Of a DNA stretch of 39,803 nt, positions 9,992-17,565 are shown in pieces (the stretch's first letter is position 1; the number at the start of each line of letters is the position of its first letter). The stretch spans positions 1-39,803 of the forward strand of contig QIMB01000477.1 in NCBI GenBank assembly GCA_003233615.1, read 5' to 3'. The stretch is from Nitrospirota bacterium. GTDB lineage: Bacteria > Nitrospirota > Nitrospiria > Nitrospirales > UBA8639. Below the pieces are notes generated by a model, which saw nothing but the letters and a program-made list of their open reading frames with translations, did not search any database and was not told the origin of the DNA. A program made the position numbers and the translations under genes.

Positions 9992-11074
9992 ATGGAATCA
10001 CAAATTACGATTACTCGACCGGATATTGACTTTCTGATCACGAATAGATGCCCGAATCAGTGCCGTCACTGCGTATTTTGCAGCGGACAACAGCTTCCTG
10101 ACGAAATGAGTACTGCGGAAGTTGTTACGTCTCTCCAGAACATAAAAAATGCATTGCATGTAGAGTGGATATCTATAAGCGGAGGAGAACCTTTTTCTCG
10201 ACGGGACTTTTGCAATATCTATATCGAGGCTAGCAAATTATTCAACATAACGCTCATTAGTACCGGTATCGGTGCAGATGAACACATATTTCAACTGTTA
10301 GCGGAACATCCGCCACGACAGGCTATAGTATCCTTATACGGCCTACGTGATTACCATAATGAATTTTGTCAAGCAGAGAATGCGTTTGAATCTACGATTA
10401 GGTACTTGAAGTACTTAAAGCAATTACGACATCATAGCGGAATCATTGTTTCTGTTAATGTCGTTTGTCACCGCGGCAATATCAATGCCGTGCCTGAAAT
10501 AATGGATTACCTCAGTGCTTCGGATCTAACCGACGAGGTCAAGATTCTTGCCCTTTCACCAGTCGGCAGAGGACAACATATTATACATGAGTGCCTTGGT
10601 GGCCTAGAGTGGATTGCATTGATCAAGCATCTTAAAGAATATACCAAGAAAGGGGACATCCGGTTCAACAAGGGCATTAGAATCGAAAAGCATATAGAAG
10701 ACTCTGCATCGAGCGAAAAACATATCTCACAGTGTTACATAATAAACGACAAGGGGAAGATATTTTCATCCTGTATTCACATTGATGCTGACGGTGAAAT
10801 CTATCCCTGCACAATGCTGGTTAGACAGCAAGCGTTCAGTCTTGGTAATATTCGATATCCTGAGAAAATTGATCATCAAAAGTGTAAATCCCTTATTAAA
10901 CAAACACATATACAAATAATGCAAGAAAATTGTGCTGGATGCAAAACACAAGTACAATGTCTTGGTGGATGTTTTGGGTATCATCTGGTTAATAAAACAG
11001 ACTATAGGTGCAATGAAGAGAGAATCCGATTTGGATGCCCCGACAGATATGAACTTTTGGATGCAGACCAATAG
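9992..11074 (+). CDS. Radical SAM/SPASM protein (paralogue 2)
   Basis: CPNQCRHC, SGGEPFS, VSLYG, IDADGEIYPC, LGNI, CAGC...CLGGC; collinear with the preceding gene. Confidence 0.9.
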   Translation: MESQITITRPDIDFLITNRCPNQCRHCVFCSGQQLPDEMSTAEVVTSLQNIKNALHVEWISISGGEPFSRRDFCNIYIEASKLFNITLISTGIGADEHIFQLLAEHPPRQAIVSLYGLRDYHNEFCQAENAFESTIRYLKYLKQLRHHSGIIVSVNVVCHRGNINAVPEIMDYLSASDLTDEVKILALSPVGRGQHIIHECLGGLEWIALIKHLKEYTKKGDIRFNKGIRIEKHIEDSASSEKHISQCYIINDKGKIFSSCIHIDADGEIYPCTMLVRQQAFSLGNIRYPEKIDHQKCKSLIKQTHIQIMQENCAGCKTQVQCLGGCFGYHLVNKTDYRCNEERIRFGCPDRYELLDADQ

Positions 11075-11147
11075 ACACGACGTCGTAAAAAAACCATAAT
11101 AACGCAGGTGTTATCCAAAAAAAATATTCATATTTGCCTTCATTGCG

Positions 11148-14100
11148 CTACATCTTCTTAGATTTCGCTGCAAGTACCACCCGAAAACCTGTTCTTCTTC
11201 CGGCCCACCCGGGATGCTCTTTATGGCGACAGGCACATCGCATATTCACCTTTGGACGGCCAAAAGATCCGCCACGTAGCACACGACGGTCAGTTTTAAT
11301 GTTTGAAATCCCTTGCTCACTATTCTTTTTATATTCGTTTTCGTAGCTATCGGTATATTTACTCTGACACCATTCCCATACATTCCCTGCCATGTCCATA
11401 CACCCACATGGGCTCGCGCCTTCAGGAAAAATACCCACTGCATTCGGAACCTTAGTCTCGCCAAAATTGCATTTATTCTCATTGAATTCATAGCCCCAAG
11501 GATAGGTTCGGTCAAGTTTTTCCTCTGCCGTCTCCCGGCCAGCTGCCTTTTCCCAGTCTTCCCTTTCCCAGTTAGCTGTCTTTTTCCACTCCGCATGGTC
11601 CCATCTAGCCGCCTTTTCCCATTCGGCTTCCGCTGGTAAACGAATCTCAATTTTTCCCGCCTCTATTGCTGACCTTAATTTGCTATCATATTTTGTGGGA
11701 TATAGTAGCTTGGTATCCTTCAGTAGCTCCGTTAGCCATCTGCAATACGCGACAGCTTCAAACCAACTCACACCGACTACAGGATGATTATTCAGCCCGT
11801 GCCTCTCATTGTAAAAATGCGGTTCGTTCTCACCTCTTTCCACATATTGTTCCTCTTGGTCATCCCAGAAACGTTTGGTGATTTTTCCATTAGTCCACTG
11901 CTCGTCAGCATTTTTTGCTTCTTGCCAGTATTTCTCGTTGCTATAGCCATGGGAAGAAAACTGTTTGTACTGTGCGTTCGTTACGAGACATTTGCTGATG
12001 AGATAAGACTGATCAATGCTCCTTACATGTAGTGGCCACTCGTCGGCAAGACTTTCAGCATCTTTATCTTTATTACTGCCCATTAGGAAAGGTCCAGCAG
12101 GCACTTCACGCCATTCGATATTCAGTTTTTCATTGCCGAAAGATTCTTCGGCAAGAAGATTTTCTATATGATTAAGAACTGTGCCTGCTTCCACAATTTC
12201 GCATGGCTCCAGCAATTTACATTTACCCTCCTCCTTAAGACTCCCAATATGCTCACGTATACGTTTTAAAAAGGTTTCACCTCCATCAGGCTTATACTTA
12301 TCCTCAATGGTCTCGCCTAGATTCTTTGCATCGCGTGCATTTTTCAGCATGAGGCCGGCCCACAGGATACCTCGCCAAGCCTCTTCAGTTTTGGGGTTGG
12401 AAGAAGGACAGAGATTATACATCGCGTCAAGAGCTTTGTAAGTTTTCTTGTGATACTGATCCTGAGCGCAATTGCGAGTTCGTTTGGACAGAAGGTATTC
12501 TACGGCTAAACAAGCAGCAAGTTTGCAATCCTTAATTTTCAGCAATTCATATAGCTTCCTGTCGAATCCCACAATCTTATCAGCCATGTGACGACCAGCT
12601 AAGAAATCTATCAGTTTGGGATCTGGAAAACCGGACACAGGTTTGTTTTCTGAAGTATTATTATTCAAGAGGTCATAAGCATTTTTTTGCCACTTCTCCA
12701 GCTCTTTGTCTATGACAGATGAATCGCAAATTTGTTTAGCAAATATTATGGCGATACATTCATACAATTCAGATTGCTTAATTGGCAATTCTCGAGGTTC
12801 ACGCGTGTAAATTACAGTGAGAGCTGTTAAGAGATGAGGGTTTCTAGCAATCTGCCCACGAGCGGTGTAATGTTTTACGTCTTTGTTCAAACATTTAATA
12901 AGTTCATTTTTCTCTTTCACTAGATCTTTTTTAGACATGTGTACTACGGGAACCAAAGCATGGTACCACTTTGTAATAAAATTTTTGATTTGATTCCACT
13001 TCAATTCTCCGATTGTAACATCTTTCTCGAATCGATCCTGAATATCAAGCTTCGTAAATGAATCTTTCGTACAAGTAAGTATGAATCGATTAGATGGATA
13101 CCAACGCATAAAACAATCAATAGCTTGGCCAACATTACCCCACTGATCATTCGTTTTATATGTGTCCAGATCATCGAATACAACCAAGCAGTCCTTGTCT
13201 TCATCATCAAGATCCTGCCTGATAATATCCTCACAATATTCCACATTGATGCTCGTGAGTTCTTTATGAATATGACTCCACATTGCACTAGGGGATTCGT
13301 CTTTATCAGGACATTGGGCATCCAAAGCGAATCCACTCATGGAAATTCGAATAGGGGAAAGTCCTTCGTGCTCCCACTCCTTGTGAATACTGCCATCCTC
13401 CTCGTTAAGGCATGTTCTTGCTAACTTTAATATCAAATAATTTACAAATGCAGATTTCCCGCTTCGAGGCTCTCCAAAAATTGCAAGTGTATCATTATCA
13501 TTTGCGGCAGACATGATAGTCTTTGCCTTTTCGATTTCATTCCTGTCTTCTGAATGCTCCTCCTCACTGCAAACTTCTTCAACTAAACCTTTTCGATAGT
13601 GTTTTAGATCTATGAATATCTGATCAAGCGTAATAGGTTTGCCATTCTTTTTCTTCTTAATAAGTTTCTCCAATGGCACTTCGCTGCAAACTGACACAAG
13701 ATGTTCGTGATAACATTTCAAGGCTGCTTGACATTCCTCCTTACTTGGTTCGGGATCTAGTGTGGAGTCGAGACGAATGGGTAAAGCTCTACACCCATCG
13801 GGGGTTGGATAACCAGGTTCGGGCTCCCAACCACAGCTCTTGCTTTTCTTCATTATCCGTGGCCAATGGCAAAGACTCGCATTCTGGTTGTCCTCAAACA
13901 TAATACTACCAGCCACGTAACCATGTGTACGCTTTATCTTATCACCCTGCCCGCCATTATACGTTTCCAAGCTAATAATCGCAGGGCATTGACAGCTATG
14001 GCCATTCTCCTTTCCATCTTCCACTATATTTAACCATTTTTCTTCATGCGTGTGGCCAAAGAGATGGACAGTGAAGCGGTTCGATCGACGAACTTCGGGG

Positions 14101-14936
14101 TAAAGGTTCTTGTCTATCCAAGCGGGGCCGTGGTGGGTCATAAGAATGCACGCATGGTGACGTATCCACCAATCAACCTCATCGTTTTTGCCGCAGCATA
14201 CAGCCTGGAATTGACGTCTATCCCAGGCAAGGTGCCCCTTATACTTTTTCCCCTCATCTTTCTTTAGTTGTAGGAAAGCTGTATTTAGGCCCAGAACACC
14301 AATACGCTTGCCTCCTTTTGTTTTGAACGTAGCGGAAAAATCGCCTGGCAATATTCCTTTATCTTGAATAAAAATTGAATTGTCCCTGCCCAGTCGGAAT
14401 GGCTGTTTGTTCCACCATTTCAAGTACTCTTTAAAGGCTTCATTGATCACCTTTCGATACGGCGAGGTTTCTTCATTCAAGAGAAGGTTTCTAATATTGT
14501 CTTCTATCTTAGTCCTTTTACCCGCCTCACCTATCTTGTATATCTCAACTTTGTCGGTTTTTTTGAACACTCCTGGCTTTGCAAGTTCTTCTGCTTGGGG
14601 CAGAAACTTTCCGTCTTTCGGCCATTTAATTTTGTCTATACATTGAAGATCGTGGTTTCCTGGCACGGCCAGCAAAACAGGGGAATGGCCAAGCTCACCA
14701 AGCTTCTTAAACAAGGGTTCTAGAAGGTCTTTTTGCATATTCTTGTATTCATCTTGATATCCCTTGAATACTAAGTCTCCTGTGAAGAAGACTGCATTCA
14801 AAGGACCCCATTCTTGAGGAATATTCTTAATATCCTTGCAAAGTTCGTCCCGGATTTCAGGCCAGTTACAATTATTCCATCTCGGGTCACCCCAATGCAA
14901 GTCCGACAAGTGTAGCCAGTTGAAACGGTCGCCCAT
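11148..14936 (-). CDS. Metallophosphoesterase + NACHT (STAND) NTPase + FGE-sulfatase/SUMF1-like domain protein (NLR-like)
   Basis: N-term LHLSDLH, FTGDL, VPGNHD, MTHH, LFGHTH; middle GEPRSGKS, VVFDDLD, NPHLLT; C-term VPAGPFLMGS, VTNAQY, PVVGVSWFEAVAYCRW, LPAEAEWEKAAR, DMAGNVWEWC, RGGSF, GFRVV. Confidence 0.85.
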   Translation of the reverse strand: MGDRFNWLHLSDLHWGDPRWNNCNWPEIRDELCKDIKNIPQEWGPLNAVFFTGDLVFKGYQDEYKNMQKDLLEPLFKKLGELGHSPVLLAVPGNHDLQCIDKIKWPKDGKFLPQAEELAKPGVFKKTDKVEIYKIGEAGKRTKIEDNIRNLLLNEETSPYRKVINEAFKEYLKWWNKQPFRLGRDNSIFIQDKGILPGDFSATFKTKGGKRIGVLGLNTAFLQLKKDEGKKYKGHLAWDRRQFQAVCCGKNDEVDWWIRHHACILMTHHGPAWIDKNLYPEVRRSNRFTVHLFGHTHEEKWLNIVEDGKENGHSCQCPAIISLETYNGGQGDKIKRTHGYVAGSIMFEDNQNASLCHWPRIMKKSKSCGWEPEPGYPTPDGCRALPIRLDSTLDPEPSKEECQAALKCYHEHLVSVCSEVPLEKLIKKKKNGKPITLDQIFIDLKHYRKGLVEEVCSEEEHSEDRNEIEKAKTIMSAANDNDTLAIFGEPRSGKSAFVNYLILKLARTCLNEEDGSIHKEWEHEGLSPIRISMSGFALDAQCPDKDESPSAMWSHIHKELTSINVEYCEDIIRQDLDDEDKDCLVVFDDLDTYKTNDQWGNVGQAIDCFMRWYPSNRFILTCTKDSFTKLDIQDRFEKDVTIGELKWNQIKNFITKWYHALVPVVHMSKKDLVKEKNELIKCLNKDVKHYTARGQIARNPHLLTALTVIYTREPRELPIKQSELYECIAIIFAKQICDSSVIDKELEKWQKNAYDLLNNNTSENKPVSGFPDPKLIDFLAGRHMADKIVGFDRKLYELLKIKDCKLAACLAVEYLLSKRTRNCAQDQYHKKTYKALDAMYNLCPSSNPKTEEAWRGILWAGLMLKNARDAKNLGETIEDKYKPDGGETFLKRIREHIGSLKEEGKCKLLEPCEIVEAGTVLNHIENLLAEESFGNEKLNIEWREVPAGPFLMGSNKDKDAESLADEWPLHVRSIDQSYLISKCLVTNAQYKQFSSHGYSNEKYWQEAKNADEQWTNGKITKRFWDDQEEQYVERGENEPHFYNERHGLNNHPVVGVSWFEAVAYCRWLTELLKDTKLLYPTKYDSKLRSAIEAGKIEIRLPAEAEWEKAARWDHAEWKKTANWEREDWEKAAGRETAEEKLDRTYPWGYEFNENKCNFGETKVPNAVGIFPEGASPCGCMDMAGNVWEWCQSKYTDSYENEYKKNSEQGISNIKTDRRVLRGGSFGRPKVNMRCACRHKEHPGWAGRRTGFRVVLAAKSKKM

Positions 14937-14984
14937 TGAATACCTTCCTTTCTATTCTCAAATCTGCGCTAATTTTATGTTCAA

Positions 14985-15731
14985 TCAGTTATAACAGTAT
15001 CCTAGCAACCGGGACAGATATCTGAAGATGGCCTCTTCTCTCAACAGAACGTCCGGTGACCAGGTCTCCCAATCCTCAGCACTCGTATATCCAAGCCGGG
15101 CAAGGGTCCTCTCAAAAAAATCCCGTTCGATGTCGTTAGTGCAAAGAGACTTCCACTCCACGGGGGAATGGCCAATCGATGTTTGGTCAATAGGACGTTT
15201 TCTATAATAGGGAAAAGCATAGTACTCAATTTCCTCAAAAACTCTGTCCGGAACAAAAGATGGGTAGTTGCTGAAAGGTGCTGTAGGTTGCAAATTCAGT
15301 GTTGTCACGAGATGTTCCTGTACCAAATCCGGTGTTTTGACCAAGTCTTCGTATCTTACCTGCAGTGCAATATCTTTTCTAAATCGCTGAGCTTGCAATA
15401 TACAGCCAATCCAGCGGTTTACATTGACACGTGGACCAGTAGGATTCTGGTGAACAACATCCCTGCCATCACGAACAATATTGACTATTTGAATATCATG
15501 CTGATGTATAAGTTTCAATTGACGCTCAAGTTCTATCCCGGGAAGAGGAACAGAGAGAATCGTGAGGGGAGTCCGCTTGGCGACAAAAACACTGTTATCA
15601 CTTGAAAGAGCACAGAAGGCATCTATGCTGGTCTCAGGGCTAACAACCTCCGTATCTTCGAAGGAATGGAATAGTCGATTCAGAAGTGTTGTACCGCTCC
15701 GGGCACATCCCGTAATAAAAATTCGTTTCAT
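14985..15731 (-). CDS. PAPS-dependent sulfotransferase
   Basis: IFITGCARSGTTLL (5'-PSB loop), IVRDGRDV (3'-PB), VRYEDLV; ATGA overlap with the upstream gene. Confidence 0.85.
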   Translation of the reverse strand: MKRIFITGCARSGTTLLNRLFHSFEDTEVVSPETSIDAFCALSSDNSVFVAKRTPLTILSVPLPGIELERQLKLIHQHDIQIVNIVRDGRDVVHQNPTGPRVNVNRWIGCILQAQRFRKDIALQVRYEDLVKTPDLVQEHLVTTLNLQPTAPFSNYPSFVPDRVFEEIEYYAFPYYRKRPIDQTSIGHSPVEWKSLCTNDIERDFFERTLARLGYTSAEDWETWSPDVLLREEAIFRYLSRLLGYCYN

Positions 15732-16678
15732 TGCAAGCCCCTCTTTTCGTTACTATCGGTATTCAGCGAATCCAATCTACTGTCATTGCTTTTAGCAATA
15801 CTAAATGGCTGAACGCTCTCTTTGATTATGCGATCACAAGCAATAAATTCCTGTTTCCCAATGCTATTTCCAAGCAGGTTACTTGCATAGAGATATAATC
15901 CGACCAACTCCCGCAAAGCAGTCAATAATGCATCTCTTGTTGGTCTGGCTATGGTTCGTTTTAACCATGGCAAAATTTCATCTGGCAATTTCGTTTCCAT
16001 CCTTCGATAGTTCTCAAATGGCACATTGTAAATCTGACACAAGAGTCGTGTGATAATTGGGTCACGCATATGGTTCATGATATCTAACGCTTCAAGAAGT
16101 TCTCCTCGACGGACCATTCGAACAACTGACCATGCACTTATAGAAAATGGAGTGTGCGACTGGTGCGAAATAGCTTGCACTTGGCTAGATTTGATTGCTT
16201 TAAACATATCTTCTACTTTACCAAAACAGTCATACAAAAGTTTGCGATCGAAGAGATAAGTCATCGTGCTCATTGACAATGCAATCAAATCAGGTAAATT
16301 CTTCATGCTATAATAATCGTAGTCAACTTTTACTATCTTACCAGATACATCATATAAGGCAGAATAGCAAGTTGAATCACAAATCCAGCCGCTGGCTAAT
16401 ACTGGCCCCACAACAGCCGCAATATTATCAGCATCCTTAATAATTGAATCGTGATTTTCCTTACTCACCAGAATACAGAGATCCACATCCGAATTAACAT
16501 CTGCATCACCACGAGATAGGGATCCAATCAAATAAATGGACGTTACCCTTGAATCCATTTTTAGGACTGCACAGCATTTGTTTACCATATCACTTAGCAT
16601 TGAAATAAATTCAGTAGTCACTATGTTCAAAACCCCTTCTACTTTATTCCAGCATACAGGCACAACCCAAACTTGCAC
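15728..16678 (-). CDS. Pol-beta-superfamily nucleotidyltransferase, antibiotic adenylyltransferase-like (true start may be ~16600-16631)
   Basis: IYLIGSLSRGDADVNSDVDL (hGS..DxD); helical C-terminus RRGELLEALD...RRMETKLP. Confidence 0.78.
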   Translation of the reverse strand: MQVWVVPVCWNKVEGVLNIVTTEFISMLSDMVNKCCAVLKMDSRVTSIYLIGSLSRGDADVNSDVDLCILVSKENHDSIIKDADNIAAVVGPVLASGWICDSTCYSALYDVSGKIVKVDYDYYSMKNLPDLIALSMSTMTYLFDRKLLYDCFGKVEDMFKAIKSSQVQAISHQSHTPFSISAWSVVRMVRRGELLEALDIMNHMRDPIITRLLCQIYNVPFENYRRMETKLPDEILPWLKRTIARPTRDALLTALRELVGLYLYASNLLGNSIGKQEFIACDRIIKESVQPFSIAKSNDSRLDSLNTDSNEKRGLQ

Positions 16679-17546
16679 ATTGGGCAGTCCTGAGGTTTTC
16701 CGGGATGGTTTTATTCAAAAGCACTTTCAAATCAGTCTCATAAACGTTTCCAATCCGAAGATCCTGCCGATGAAAACATGGATATAAACTTCCATCAGCA
16801 TTTAGAAAGAAATGGTCACTTCCCATTGGACAACTCATTCCTACGGGAGACTTTCCGTGAATGAAGTCAAGTGCTACACAAGTGTATTTCCTTCGCCCCT
16901 TATGAGTACTTGCCCACGCAAGCATCGCACTTTCGAGGTTAGTAATGTCAACACTACAACTAGAACGCAGTCGCATATGGTCCAGACTAGTAAAAAATGC
17001 CGGGATCTCAGCTGGATGGACTAGTAGATCGAAGCCCAATTCCTGACAGAATTGCATCATAGGTAATATTGAATCAATATTGGATAGGCATACAGTCTGT
17101 ATGATGGTAACCGGTAGATAGTTTGGTCGATCTGCCAGAGCAGTTAAATTCGCAATGATCCTTTTTGTGACTCCTTGTTTAGCATTTCGAAGAGGCCTCA
17201 GAGATTCGTTTACCTCTGGATCCAAAGAATCTAACGATACAGCGACTTGCGACACTTCATAATGCAGCCCGTTGTTTGCCGTGGTCGTATCAAGCAGTAT
17301 ACCATCCGTAAGGAAAGACACTGCCAAACCTACTGTCCGTGCTAATCTAACTATTTCCCAAAACGCCGGATTAAGAAGGCATTCACCGCCAGTGAAAAAT
17401 ACATGATCAAAGCAATTCGCAATACTATTAATGATGCATTCTGCATGCGAAATACCAACAGAGCGGTTAGGCCTAGGATTTACCCCTGTCTCGTAAAAAC
17501 AGTAGCGACAAGCGAGCTGACATTGACCTGTAATAGCCCAATACAA
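16644..17546 (-). CDS. Radical SAM protein with short SPASM/twitch C-terminus
   Basis: CQLACRYC, FTGGECLL, VSLDS, CPMG...NADGSLYPC...IGNV...CASLGCAC. Confidence 0.88.
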   Translation of the reverse strand: MYWAITGQCQLACRYCFYETGVNPRPNRSVGISHAECIINSIANCFDHVFFTGGECLLNPAFWEIVRLARTVGLAVSFLTDGILLDTTTANNGLHYEVSQVAVSLDSLDPEVNESLRPLRNAKQGVTKRIIANLTALADRPNYLPVTIIQTVCLSNIDSILPMMQFCQELGFDLLVHPAEIPAFFTSLDHMRLRSSCSVDITNLESAMLAWASTHKGRRKYTCVALDFIHGKSPVGMSCPMGSDHFFLNADGSLYPCFHRQDLRIGNVYETDLKVLLNKTIPENLRTAQCASLGCACMLE

Positions 17547-17565
17547 TGATGATCTTGTTTTTATG

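Noticed and set aside
11148-11300. FGE/C-lectin-fold C-terminus as a diversity-generating retroelement target
   Set aside because: No reverse transcriptase and no template-repeat copy of this region seen in the window; cannot be excluded elsewhere in the genome.
11148-12120. True formylglycine-generating enzyme tied to the sulfur theme
   Set aside because: Lacks the catalytic Cys pair after RGGS (reads RGGSFGRPKVNMR) and is fused to NACHT, so it is more likely a binding domain.
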